Shown: one piece after another, positions 35,971 to 49,057 of the stretch
How the letters are laid out: each line of letters begins with the position of its first letter
Numbering within the stretch: position 1 is the stretch's first letter
DNA from: Takakia lepidozioides
Taxonomy: Eukaryota > Plantae > Bryophyta
Direction of reading: 5' to 3'
Assembly (NCBI GenBank): GCA_030704615.1
Contig: CM060732.1
Location: 61,814,001 to 61,878,000, forward strand
Length of the DNA stretch: 64,000 bases
The notes under the pieces: model-generated
Database searches by the model: none
Seen by the model: the letters and a program-made list of their open reading frames with translations, nothing else
What the model was told of the DNA's origin: nothing
Program-made: the position numbers and the translations under genes

Positions 35971-37086
35971 CTAATACAACTCACAAGAGTAGTTGCCTAC
36001 CTTGCAAGTCTTGGCAACCACTGCCTCCACCAAGCGGCTAATGGAATCCTCGGACAACTCCGTGGTTGCCCGAGTCATGTTCAATTGTCGGGGTTTCGCG
36101 CACTTTTTAGCCATGTGCCCAGGTTCCCCGCAATTAAAACACACTCCATCGAAGGTCGCCTTCTGTCCGCCATAAGCCGCCGCACCTGGTTTTCCTTTCG
36201 GGGCACCGGGTGCCGTCTTGACGTGTGAGGGCCCTCCCTTCGATTTCCATGTGCCTTTATAGCCGTGTGGCTTATCCCACTTCTTTTTCGGTCGGAATGA
36301 GTCACCTTCCCGCCGGGTCTTCTTGTGGTTCAGCTCCGTACGGCCTTGTCTTTCGCCCCTAGGGACATCCGAGAAACACTCAGCCCTTTCAATTGCCTCG
36401 TTCAAAGTCTTACGTGGCTTCTCCTCCAATTTCCGCCTAGCCCACGGGGCCAGTCCCGCCACAAAGTTGAAGACCATTTCTAGTTTTGCCATGTCCGCGA
36501 CTTCGAGCAACAGCACATTGAAAGCCTGAACATATCCCCGAATGTCATCCGTTTGCTTCAAATTCCTCATCTTGTCTCGGGCGAGCCAGGACGCGTTGAG
36601 GGGCACAAACTGTCTCTTCATAAGTTCCTTGAACCCACTCCAGTTCAAGGTTTCTGGGTTTGGACCTCGGTCGTGAAGGCGTTTCTGCCACCATTGTTGA
36701 GCATAGCCCCTCAAATAGGTGGGAGCCACTTCCACCCGATCCTCGTCACTCAACTTGGCCGCCCGGAAGTACTGTTCTAGCTCCAAGAGCCAGGTGTTGA
36801 GTGCTTTCCGATTTCGGACGCCCTCAAAGGTGCCAGGTTCTTTAGGCTTCACCTTAAACTTTGCCTTAGTGGAAGTGGCATTAGCCGCCTTCAACACGTC
36901 TTTCAACGTCCCGCCAAACTGCGCCAACAACCCTTCCCAAAAGGCTGCTGGCATGGGAGGCATCTGTTGGTCTCTCGGAGCTCTCAAGAATTCCTCGGGC
37001 TCCGACTCCTCAGATTCATCCCGTCCTTGAGTGGCCTCGTTTTCAAACGCATGCATCGCTTCCTCAAATGGCCGCTTCGGTGACAC
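35971..37086 (-). CDS. gag of the Galadriel-like element
   Basis: 371-aa ORF with retrotransposon gag features and a CFNCGEPGHMAKKC zinc knuckle. The track start codon is GTG, so the true start is uncertain. Confidence 0.9.
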   Translation of the reverse strand: MSPKRPFEEAMHAFENEATQGRDESEESEPEEFLRAPRDQQMPPMPAAFWEGLLAQFGGTLKDVLKAANATSTKAKFKVKPKEPGTFEGVRNRKALNTWLLELEQYFRAAKLSDEDRVEVAPTYLRGYAQQWWQKRLHDRGPNPETLNWSGFKELMKRQFVPLNASWLARDKMRNLKQTDDIRGYVQAFNVLLLEVADMAKLEMVFNFVAGLAPWARRKLEEKPRKTLNEAIERAECFSDVPRGERQGRTELNHKKTRREGDSFRPKKKWDKPHGYKGTWKSKGGPSHVKTAPGAPKGKPGAAAYGGQKATFDGVCFNCGEPGHMAKKCAKPRQLNMTRATTELSEDSISRLVEAVVAKTCKVGNYSCELY

Positions 37087-40000
37087 GTCGCCCCCATCGG
37101 GCTCACCAGGATCATCATCTTTTGGGCCGTTCCGCTTTCATTTTGGCTTGCCCAACCCCATGATGAGGACGATCCCAAGGACAATCGCGTACTGAACTCT
37201 AAGCTCTGATACCAAGTGTCGCGCACCTCAGTTCGGTAAGCTCCCCTTCAATATCAATACTCGCTTGATGCGTGCGCCTAACTCCCAAACTGGCCGCCGG
37301 GCCAACTCGGAGCTTCGGCTGCTCACCGGGACATAACGGTCCCCCTTTACTCCTCCACAAGACCCTCTCTCAATTTGGGCCAAATGGAAATTCCCTTTGG
37401 TCGATGGCAGTCCGGAACAGCTCCCCACACCCTGGGTCGCTTTCCGGCTCGCACGCTTACTCACTAGTTTTTGGTTGCCAACGGGCTTGCACCGTTCTCG
37501 GGGTTACTACTCCCTATATATACTTCTGTGACTGTCCGTGGGGGTTTCACAAACAACCATGCCATTTTATGGTGAACCACCACGAAAACCCTCGATTCCC
37601 GGTGATAAGTCGCAGTGAGTCTTGGCCCACCCACCACAGTCCCATTGGACCGTGATGAGTCCCAAGACTCCCCACGACTTCCACCACAAGGTCTCCGCCC
37701 CCATGGTGAATCGTATGCCACCCCCACTAAGTCCCACTAAGCTACCACGACCCCTCATGGAACCACCTCCACCGCAACCCGGTGTGCGGGGCTCCACCTA
37801 GTGAGCGCCTCCGCCTCCTTGAGTGCCTTGGGCACTCAAGGGTGCTTCAGCCCCTGCAACTAATGTTGCCACTGCCCCCACCACAGGGGCAGCCCCTCAC
37901 GTGTCCCGACCCCCTGCCCTCAAGGCAAAGGGCCGCGACAAAATGTGTTGAAGAATGTGTCTTCTCCTCATCCATGTTATCTGTTTTTTGATACTTTCCT
38001 GCTTCCACATTAGCAATAACTTGTCAAAGTCACTCCTAACCACCACAGATCCACCCAACGAGCTAAAAGTATAGAATTCAACATGCATCTCAGGGCCGAG
38101 TCTGATGAGAGGGGAAAACAGGCAGAAATAGGTCAAAGAAGAAATTGCCCTCACCACGTTGTTCTTGACCTTGTGTCATGACCCATGGAGGATTTGACCG
38201 ACCATGAACCCAGAAGGACCTCTAGTGTGTGCTGCTTGTGTCTGTAGTCAGGTAATGTCGGATTTCTTTGTGAGAACCACCACAGTGCAGCTAGGCAGAC
38301 AAAGATTGACACATGGCCTGTCCCAACCTACGCGCAACAGAAGAAGACAAGGTGAGTGCACAGCAGAAGATGACGACGAGGTGAGCGCGCTGCAGAAGAG
38401 GACAAGGACGAGGTCTGCGCGGCGGATAGGGCTTAGTGCTAGGCGGGAGAAAAAAAAACGTCTCAAAAGGAACTCGAGCACGGGATGTCGTGGCGGGTGA
38501 ACGAAGACCTTACCAGTACGCTACACACTAACATCTGTAACATTACCCCAAATATATATATATATATATATATTTTAGGACTTTTCCAACCCCTTTGTAT
38601 ATACATAGTCTGTATGTGGGGGTATGTAATAAACCCTCTTCTGTTCACGCACGTGATAGGTATATTAAACCTTGGTGCACCCCCCGGGGTGGAATGTAAG
38701 CTCTTTGTGAATCGTAGCAAGATGAGTAGCAAGGTTTTCTACAGCAGGGCTTCCAACAGTCTTCATGTGGAAAGGGTTTGCTCAAGGATGATGATCATAA
38801 TTGGAGAAAAATGGAGTTTGTTTGGTCGAAGAATATATAGTGTTGTTGTAGGCAAACTCAGCCAATGACAGAAGGTCCGTCCAATTATCTTGGTGATAAT
38901 TTATCGTACAGCAAAGATACTGCGCCAAAATCTGGTTGACACGTTCGGTTTGACCATCAGTCTGTGGATTATTAACTGTAGAGAGGTTGATCTTAGTATT
39001 CAATATGTGAAATAATCCCCTCCAGAAATTTGATGTGAACTGTGGTCCTCAATCAGATACAATGTTCTTCGGGAGTCCATGAATGCGGTAGATATTATTG
39101 AGGAAGAGTCTTGCAGTTTCCTCGCCGATAACCGTTTTATTACATGGAATGAAATGTGTCATCTTCGTAAAACGATCTACAATAACAAGGATTGAATCGG
39201 TGGTCTTGGAAATTGGAAGGTCCGTAATAAAGTCCATAGACACGGACAACCATGGACCCTTGGGAATGGGTAATGGTTGAAGAAGGCCGTAAGGTCGATG
39301 TCGTGGTCCCTTCGCTCTAGCACACGTGTCGCAAGATTTTATAAATTCTTTCACGAGTTTCCACATCTGCGGCCACCAATAGTTCCTGGATATCAATTCC
39401 ATTGTTTTGTTGAAGCCGAAATGTCCTGCAGCCGGAAGATCATGACATGTTTGAAGAATTCAAAATCGTGTAGGTCCTGGAGGTACATAGAGAAGTCTCT
39501 TGAAATAAAGTAAGTCATCTTTGAATTCGAAGTCGTTTGTAACATGTGGGTTGTCTCAAGGTCGATCTAGTTGACTTCGTAGTGTCGTAGCAAATTGGTC
39601 ACTCTTCAGTGCTTCATGAATCTCCTTTATGATCTCTGCATCGTCATAGGTAGACATGGATAGCATGTTCAATTGGAGATTTGCTGGTTTCAAGATGATG
39701 GATTTCTGTTGGTCGAAGCTGCCTCCCATTTTTTCAGCGCAAGATACGAACGTCGAGAAAGAGTATCGGGTTTCCCTTGAAGATGTCTGGGGCGATAGGT
39801 AATAACCAAATTAAACCATGCTAGTGACATACCCCATCTGGCTTGACGTCGATTCAAAACACGAGCACTCATAAAATATTCGAGGTTTTTGTGATCGGTG
39901 TAGACCATGACCGGATGTTTAGCTCCCTCCAGTAGATGATGCCACTCCTCAAAAGCATCGATGATCGCTAGAAGTTCTTTGTCATGGATTTCATAATTGA

Positions 40001-40573
40001 TCTCTGCAGCGGAAAATTTACGAGAACAAAAACCAACAGGATAAAGTCGGTCATCCGTACTGTATTGAGAGAGTATAGCGCCAAGTGCAAAGTCCGATGC
40101 ATCTGCTTCCAAGAAGAATGGTTTAGATGGGTTTGCATGTACCAGTATTGGAGCCGTTATAAATGTTTGCTTCAGCCTTTCAAATGTCTGGTCAGTCTTC
40201 TCGTCCCATACAAATTTGTCCTTCCCTATGAGTCGTGTCAATGGTGCTGCAATTTTGGAGTAGTCCTTGATGAAGATTCTGTAGAAATTTGCAAATCCCA
40301 GAAAACATTGTACATCTCGGACCGAAGTTGGTTTAATCCACTCGATGATGGTTTGTATTTTCTTCTGATCCATAAATACGCATTTGTCGGAAATAATGTA
40401 ACCCAGAAATTTGATCTCAGATTGATGGAAAATACATTTTTCTAACTTGGCATATAGTCGTCTTTCTCTTAATTTATCAAGGACAAGGCATACATGGCGG
40501 CCATGTTCTTCTTCATTTTGTGTCGTCCAAATAGATGACTACAAAGTTATCTAAAAATTCTCGAAAGATATTA

Positions 40574-40702
<129 letters not shown>

Positions 40703-41414
40703 TCATCTCAAGTCAATTTTGGTGAAAATCTTGGCTCGTCCCAGCTGGTCGAGAAGCCCAGAAATCAGCGGCAACAGATAACGATTCTTAATTGTGACTT
40801 TATTAAGACCGCGATAGTCTACACACATGCGTAATGATCCGTCCTTCTTTTTCACAAACAAGATAGGCGCCCCCGCAGGTGATTTTGAACGTCGGATGAA
40901 GTGCTTCGACAAATTTACATCAATGTATTCACGTAATGCAGCCAATTCCGTCTGGGATAAGTAATAGATTGGGCCGAATGGTGGTTGGGTTCTTTCTTAT
41001 AACTCAATTGCACAGTCATAAGGTCGATGTTCTGACAATATGTCTGCATTTTTCTTCTCGAAGACATCCTTAAAATCTTGATATTGAGTAGGTAATGTTG
41101 AAGTACCTTTGTCTGTTGTGGTCTTGATCGGAGTCGCACAAAGTGCAAATATCGCATCATTTTTGGTAGCTCTCATGAAAGCTTTAGCTCCAAGGAACAG
41201 AGGTTGAATACCTTTGATATTTCTACATTTTTGTCTTGCAGAATTTTTTCGCGATCGCCAGTCGATGTCAGGATTGTGAACCAGGGAAGTCGAAGGATCA
41301 CATGATTCGTTGGAGACTGGATGACGTTGAAAACAATATGTGATGCTTGATTTTTAAGCTTTACTTCAAGTGGTCGAGTTTCATGGTCCACATTTCCTGA
41401 TGCTATGGGCATGG

Positions 41415-44400
41415 GAATGTATGACTGCCAGTATTCACAACTGCACGTGGCGATTGCCGGTTGCCCAAGGAGTGTCTACGTGGACGATGCAAACATAAAT
41501 GGATGAAACATATGCATGATGTGATTGCAAATGACGACGTGTCAACATATCATTGCTCGCGGGCACTAAGCCACACCCTGTGAATGAATGAATGGATGAA
41601 TAAATGATTAGGATGAATTAGGATGAGTGAATTAGGATGAATTAGGATGAATGTGCTCGAATTTAGGGTTGTTAGGTCGCGTTAAGTATGAGGATAATAA
41701 ATAGTAAAAATATTTAACTACTGTTTCACTGACCCAGCAAATTAATAGTAAAACTAATCGACTGATGGTTCTTAGTTAGTGAAACAAAACAACTGTATTA
41801 TCTCAACGAATGATACACAAATGCCTTGCTGACAACTATTGGATGAACGTATCAAAGATAACTTTTGTGCACTGGATGAACGTATGAACGAATGATACAA
41901 CAAACGCCTTGCTGGCAACTATTGGATGAACGTATGAACGAATGATAGTGCAAACGCTGAGCTGACAGCAATTGGATGAACTGACAGTGAAACTCATTTA
42001 AAGATTTATTTTGGATGAATGGATGAAATTAAAATGGCCAAAAAATGGAAAAACAAATGAATGGATGGATGTATTGATGGAAAACCCAAAATCCATCCAT
42101 CTATTGAGGATCTAATTTACATTAGAAAAATTCTATAGATTTTTGGTCAGGTCCAAAATACTAAAACCAGGTCTAGGTAAATAGATTTCCCCTTTCTGCA
42201 GCTATCCCCCAAAAACTGCGTCAAACAGAGCTCATTTGACAAAGATATGACCAACTAGGCTCTTTAAACATAACACCATTTAAAAAAAATAAACAAATAC
42301 AAGGGAAAATCTATTTTCAATAACTTGTCTTGGTTCCCTGTTCCCTGGTTCCCTAAGAATTCCCTGGACTCATGCCTGGCTCATATCTGGAAAATAACAA
42401 TCTTAGATTCTTAACTCAATCGCTCCACAATGGAATTACAATGGTAAAGGTAGTGTCTTCTCATCCATCCAGTCATGAGTAGAGGGGACTTAACGTTTTT
42501 TGTCTCCCCTGCCATCTGTTTGTTTTCTTTGTGTCGAGTTTGATCGTGAGAGACGACAATCAGGACGGAGCTGTGTTTGCTTTCTTTTAGTGTCGAGTCT
42601 AATCATGAGAGACGTCGAACAGGGCGGAGCTATGTTTGTTTTGTTTTAGGGTCGAGTCTGATCATGAGAGACGACGAGCGGAGCTGGTGGGATAGGGGGC
42701 AGACAGGGACTCAAACCCTAGAATTGGGGCATGAAGAAATCCGTCCTGTGCGAAATCATTTCCAGCTCGGCATGATGCGAGACCTCTCGTATGAGCCAAG
42801 CGAGAGGACAGGGCCTTGCGTATGGAGTGGGTGTGCAGCAGTGTATGCCTTGTGCAAATGTGTGAATTTTGCTTTGTTTGCCCCTGTTTTCTCTCACTGA
42901 AGTCGGAAGCAGGTTTGCTCGTCTTGGTTTCAGTAAAGGAGTTGGGTTGCTGGTCGGTTGAATCCTCCATGGTTGAAAGAAAAGCTAGCTGCCATGACAC
43001 GAGGTCAAGGACAAAGTGGTACCGGCTCATTCTTCAGCACATTTCTTCTTCGACCTATTTCAGCTTGTTTTGCCCTCTCACCAGACTTGGCCCTAAGATG
43101 CATATTGAATGCGTAAGTTAGCTCGTTGCTCGTTGATAAGTAGGGTTGGGGGTGTTTGCTGGAACAATTCTAGGCTGTCATTGTCAGCTACTAGCAGGAA
43201 GGCAAAGATGTATGCTTGTTTTTTGCAATGTCATAGAGAGCTGAAGGAGCAGGGATAGAGTGTGTGTCCAGATTCATCCAAGAGGGCCGGATTTCAAGCT
43301 CCACGTTACCTATGATTCCCTATGGAAGGATAAATACAAGAAACCTGCATGGATAGATGGTCAACTGGAAGCCGCAACAGCAGCAGCACAATTGATAAAA
43401 TCAATGAAGGCACATTCTTCAACACATTTCACCCTGTTTTCCCCTCTTATCAGAATCGGCCCTCAATTTTCATGTTGAATTCTGTAAGTTAGCTGTTGAG
43501 TGAATGTAGTTGGGAGTGACTTTCACATAATACTGCCAATGTGACAAGGATATGCATTGAACTCATTGGTAGCAAAATATTGGGATAACTCTTGGCCATT
43601 TGCCATCGTCAAAGCTGAAATTGTACTAGTTGTCATTCTGAACACTGCCCTGGTGGACATGTATGCCAAATGTGGGTGCAGCTAGCCTGATGCGAAGGGA
43701 GAGTTCGACAACGTGACTAAATGAGATGTGGTGTTGTGAAGTGCCATGATTGCAAGGTATGTGCAGCATGGGTGTGGGATTAAGGCTTTGGAAACCTAAG
43801 AGCAAATGATGTGGGAAAGGATGAAGCCAGACCAGGTCATGTTCATTTGTGTTTGTAATATGCATATGCGAGCCTAGAAGCCCTGGGAAAGGGCCAAGAG
43901 GTTCATGGCGACATCATCAAAGCTGGAATTGTACCTGATGTCATTATGAACATTCTCTTGGTGTACATGTATGTCAAATGCGAGCGTGGTAGCCCTGGAA
44001 AGGACGCAACGGTCCATGGTGACATTGTCAAAGTTGAAATTGTACCACTAGATGTCTCTAAACACTGCCTTGGTGGATATGTATGTCAAATGCAAGCCTG
44101 GCAGCCCTAAAAAATGATGCAGAGGTCCACGGTAATATCGTCAAAGCTAGTATTGTATCTGATGTGATGCTGAATGTTGTCGTAGTGGACATGTATGCCA
44201 AGTTTGGGTACAACTACAAGGATACAAATGGCATGCAATTTGATAATATGGCTGAATGAGATGTGGTATCAGCCTAGCCCATAATTGCACTTAACTAGAG
44301 TAGGCAATGAGTGAAGACGGGGTTCGTGGTGACATCGTCCAAGCTGGAATTGAATTGATGTCGTTCTGAAATATGCCCTTGTGGTGAGGGCGTGCAGAGC

Positions 44401-45502
44401 AGGAGCGTGGGATGGGGCTTTGGAGACCTGAAAGCAAATGATGGGGGAAAGGGTGAAGCTCGACCACATCATGTTTGGGTGCGTGTGCAAGCCTGGCAGC
44501 CCTGGAAAGCACATGCAAAGAGGTACATGGTTGCATCACCAAAGCTGGAATTGTACCAGATGTGATTCTGAACAATACCCTCGTGGGCATGGATAGCTGA
44601 AGGAGCAGGGATAGAGTGTGGGTGCATATTCATCCAAGAGGGCCGGATTTTCAAGCTCCAGATTACCTATGATTCATTGTGAAAGGGCAGCAGCGGCACA
44701 ATTGATAAAATCAGGCACTGCTAATGAAGGTAGTGGATTGCTGAAGTTCGAGAGATGTCAGTGTATGCATCTTCTGCTTAGGCATTTGGAAGTCTACATA
44801 GACTTTGCAGCTTTGTGCATTTTTGTAGTAGTATCGGATTATATTATGGAACGGATCTTTGAACATTAAGTCACGTTGTATTTGAATCGATGTTCCAATT
44901 TCAAATGTGCTTTCAGGTTTCAATGGTGTTTTCGTGTGCTTTTGAACAATGGTGCTTTCATGTTTTAATGCTGCTAGAGTTAGGTCATGTACACGACTAC
45001 CTCCCATCCACAGAGCCTCCGCCACGTGCTACTTTCACCCCTCGTGTTCGCCCATACTCGTGCCACGTGCAGTATCTAAAGTGCGCCATGGAAGTCATAT
45101 GCTCCAGTCATAACAACCACCCCCATCCTGCATAATTTGATTCCACGTGTCATGTCCAGTCTTCTCCACGTGTTGTCCTGGGGTTAATCTGCGGAAGTCA
45201 TATATGCCAGTCGTAAAGACCCTGTCGCCTTCCCTTTGACGTGACACATGACATATCCCTTCCGTTCCACGTGAAGCTGACATGGATTCGCAGTCATTTA
45301 CTACGGTCTTATCAATGACTATGATTAGGCGTCCCTGTTGTCACGTCAACAGTGAGCTCCACGACTGGCATATACGACTTTATGGCGCTTACGACTCATT
45401 TGTCACAACTGACTGGGTTTATCTGACTGGGCAGTCATGCAGTCATAGAAGGCTGATACGACTGGAAAATAACAGACGTAAAAGCTGGATTTTCTACTAG
45501 TG
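41415..45502. mobile_element. CACTA-ended insert carrying PPR/PDF fragments (left end lost)
   Basis: The minus strand at 45502 reads CACTAGTAGAAAA and interrupts the Tcn1 gag knuckle (GLCLYCGEEDH|). TTACGAC-type subterminal repeats at 45200-45485, GGATGAA repeats at 41580-42100, ~59-bp tandem repeats at 42530-42690. No matching second TIR found. Confidence 0.65.
42960..44720 (+). pseudogene. Decayed PDF motif and PLS-type PPR array
   Basis: HPRGPDFKLHVTYDSLWKDKYKKPAWIDGQL (43270-43370; partial second copy ~44630). Several VHGDIIKAGIVPDVI.N..LV.MY.KC units. Confidence 0.8.
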
Positions 45503-47080
45503 GTGATCTTCTTCTCCGCAATAGAGACATAATCCATTCGAGCGTCGTCTTTGTTTTTTTTTTCTTGTGGCATCAATGGCTTGATTCGAACAACATCAAT
45601 CTGTATAGAATCACTACCAGATGTCTGATGGATCGTTGTGTTTAGTGCCATAATAGCAGTGGCATGATGCGTCGTCGACCATCCAGATCGCTTCTCTTGA
45701 CGTCTTTCGAACAAACGATTATCGCATGCAATGACTTGGGAGATGAATTCACTCAGTGTGCTCACGTTTGGCATTGTCAGCAACAAATCTTTTACATCAT
45801 CTTTTAACCCACATTGAAACTGACTAATGAGGCTCTTCTCATTCCAGTCGAGGTCGCTCGCAAGTTGTCGAAATTCGGCAGCATTAATGGAAGCAAGACG
45901 TGCTCCTTGTCCAAGATTTCGCATATTTGTCTCTGTAACTCTCTCTATATCATTCTCTCCAAACGTTACAGTGAACTCGGACATAAATGCTTTAAAATCA
46001 TATAGTAAATGCGAATTGGTTTCTAATAGCGGTGCAAACCAAGATAGGGCAGTGCCTGATAGAAGGGTGCCCACAATAATACCTTCATCGGGGTAGCGTT
46101 GTGGATGTAGTCGTAGGAACAGTCGTACTTGTTAAACAAAACCGCGAAATCTTGATCTCGTCCCATCAAATTTCTCGGGCATGCTGATCTTTGGTTCTCT
46201 CATAATCTGTTGAAGAGGAACCGTTGCAGTGGGAGCTGTTGCAGTAGTGACTCGTATGGTTGAAGATCCATTGTTCGACTCCTTTAACTCTGAAATTTGC
46301 TGTTGCAAATTGTGGAGAGCGTTGCCAAGATCTTGAGACTGATCAGCTTGCAATTGGGCGGTAGAGGTACGAAGTTCTTGCATCTGGAGCTGAAGACTTT
46401 GCAATGTAGCGATCATTTCCGCAAATATGTCTTCCATTTTAATTAACTAAGGAACAAACTTTAGTCTCGCCAAACTGTCAAGGACGAGAACATGACTGAA
46501 CACAAACAAGAGATCGGACTAGATGTACAAGACTAGACAAGAAGTCAAGGTCGGCGTGGCCGAATGCATAGTGGGTAAACATGAATCAAGATCATCTTTA
46601 TAACAATGGACAAGAGTACAAGATACACTCGACTCGAATACTCAAATGTTGGAAACTGGACTGGGGTACCAGATACTGGAAACTGGACTAGAGTACTAGA
46701 AGTTGGACTGGAGTACTGGGACTGGGAACAAGAGTAGCTTGAACTTGTGTTGGCGAGACTGAAGAGTGTCCAGTCTCGCCTCCTATATATACTGGCTACT
46801 AGGAGGTTCCATAAGAGGCTTCCCCAAAGGAGGTTTCTTGATGGAGAAGTTTCCTTAAACAAATGAGGTATCTTGATGGAGAAGTTTCCTAAAAAGGAAG
46901 CTTCCTGAGCAGTTTCTCAAGTTACTCTCGGTAATTGGATAAACTCCCGGTAACTTGGTAACTAATGGTAAATCATGATAGATCACGATATATTACGGTA
47001 ATTTTCGGTAACATTGTAACTTGATAACTTCTGGTATTTACTCCTGGTAAGTTCCTCTGGGCTATATCCATGACACTGGC

Positions 47081-47290
47081 CTTCGCCTTCTTATGTCCAA
47101 CTGCTCATTTCCTAGAAGTTGAAGGATGGAGGAGACTGACTGCCCTTAAGTATTGCATGGTGGCCACTAATGTTCTAGATAGAGGATATAGGCAAGAAGT
47201 CAAGATTTTGATTGCTAATCTCGAGCGCTTCCCTATGACTATTAAGAAGGGACAGGTTCTGGCTCGCATCACTGCTATACCCATTGCTGA
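47081..47290 (+). pseudogene. dUTPase-fold domain, C-terminal part (N-terminal part at ~29040-29117)
   Basis: Joined across TSD CTGGC: IRAPLNITIPAMTQKVVKSGLRL..FLEVEGWRRLTALKYCMVATNVLDRGYRQEVKILIANLERFPMTIKKGQVLARI, which follows the trimeric dUTPase consensus spacing. Confidence 0.65.
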
Positions 47291-47759
47291 AATACAAGAT
47301 GTGCAAGCTGGCTTTGGACTTGAGGCCATTGGCATCCAACATGGCCCCTTGGATGATGTTGCTGCTTTTGCTGCAATGGCACCACCATATGTCCATGATC
47401 TCAGCCCAGAAAGTAAAATAGCCCTCACCAAAGTATTCTCTGAAATTAAGTTGGGCACCACTCTCTCCTCAGGTCAAAGGAGGAAAGTGAAAATGCTTAT
47501 TGCAAAGAATCTAGATATTTTCAATTTGGGATCCACTGATTTAGGGCGCACTCCCATCCTTCAACATGACATTGTCACTGAGCAGTATTTCAGCTGCTGC
47601 ACTCCGGTGTGACTATTGGCTTGAGCCTCAAGGCCTGATTTGGCTGTCATGAGTAGTAACAAATGAGGTGAAGGTATCCCTGGCTGGAGATCATAGGTGC
47701 AAGCATTCCATACCACATTCTCTAAAACCCATTGTCTACCTCTTATGTGCAGTGCAGTC

Positions 47760-49057
47760 ATGGATTATCAGTTACATGTTGCGCTATTCCAGCGATGCCA
47801 ATCAGGGCGTTCACTAGTTGGTCTTTCCGAGTCCTTGCGTAAACAAATTCTCTATCATGTGTCTACTCACCGTTTCATGGGTGATAAGCTTTTCAAGGAG
47901 CTCACTAGAGGGGGAGTGTCATGTTACTTGGAGGTGTCACCACGGAGCCAGCTGAATGCTTTATTGGAGCGTTTCCATTGTTCATTGTATGCAGGTCACC
48001 TTGGTATCAAGAAAACTGTGGCCCGCATCTAAGAAGTTTACTATTGGCTGGGCATTCACCGAGACGTCACGGAATTCATCTCCAAGTGTGAAGGTTGTCG
48101 TGCTAACATTGCTCTCCCTAGGGCCCGGATCTTGTATGAGCTGCAACCTTTGCCTGTCACCCACGTTTTTGCTCGTGTTGGCATTGATTTAGTAGGACCC
48201 CTCGCACTCACATCAAAGGGTCGCAACTACCTTTGTGTTGCTACCGACTACTTGACTAAGTGGGTAGAAATCCGGCCTTTGCGTTCCAAGGCTAGTGATG
48301 TTATAGCTCAGTTCTTCTTCAATGAGATCTTTATGCGGCATGGGTGTCCTCGGGAGATACTAACGGATCAGGGCAAGGAGTTTTGTAACCAACTCCTCAC
48401 GGTGGTTTGCTTCAATTTTGGTGTTAAGCACTCCACCACAACCCCATACCATCCCCAGACCAATGGCCTTACGGAACGCTTCAACCAAATTCTTTGTCGA
48501 ATGTTGGAGAAGAATGGCGCACTTACCAGGGAGTGGGGTACCTTTCTTCCCCCTATTCCCTTTGCTTATCGCACCGCCGTGCATGCTAGCACCAAGAAGA
48601 CTCCATTTGAGTTGTTGTATGGTCGCAAGTGTGTTTCTCCTTTGCATTCTACCCCTCTTATCTGTACTGTTGCTGATCCGGTTGATTTGAGACATTTGTT
48701 GAATATCTTCATGCTCGGCATGCGGTGTCTATTCATGATGCCAAGACAAACATTGGTAAGGCTCAGCTAATCCAAGCCCGTAATTTTAACAAGCGTATCA
48801 TGTATTCTAACATGTTTCAGGTAGGACAAATCGTGTGCGTTCGATTACAGCATGGCAAGCATGCATGCAAATCTAAGCTCAAGATCGATGGTCCATACTT
48901 GATCTATCAGATTTTACGTGGGCGACGTGCTCTCCTTCTTCCACAAAGCTCTAATACTGCAGTGTGGGGGAGACTTGTTTCTTTGACGAACTTGGTGCAT
49001 TCCGAGCTAGTTTTTGATCTTACATGTATCAATGTGGAGGGGCGCACGGTGGGATGA
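47760..49057 (+). pseudogene. Outer element integrase
   Basis: HCSLYAGHLG..CEGC zinc-binding motif, VGIDLVGPL, ILTDQGKEF, TNGLTERFN, GPY motif; one stop and frameshifts. Confidence 0.9.

Larger units (their letters stand above)
31280..37940 (-). mobile_element. Near-intact Galadriel-like chromovirus; LTRs 31280-32001 and 37217-37940
   Basis: TG...CA LTRs of 722/724 bp, TSD AAATG, tRNA-iMet PBS TGGTATCAGAGC (37214-37203), PPT next to 32001, gag-PR-RT-RH-INT-chromodomain order. Clade call rests on the gag motif EPGTFEGVRNRKALNTWLLELEQYF and a classical chromodomain. Confidence 0.95.
30094..38250 (-). pseudogene. Tandemly reiterated PDF-motif-containing fragments (interrupted by the 31280-37940 element)
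   Basis: Repeated units translating as EEKLWDEYFSDPSQC*DKRGKKVN..LPDV, homologous to 18760-19020 and 42960-43550. The unit is contiguous across the AAATG TSD. Confidence 0.7.

Noticed and set aside
41580-42690. CRISPR-like or telomeric arrays
   Set aside because: Repeats are degenerate tandem units without unique spacers, in a eukaryotic transposon context; not TTTAGGG arrays.
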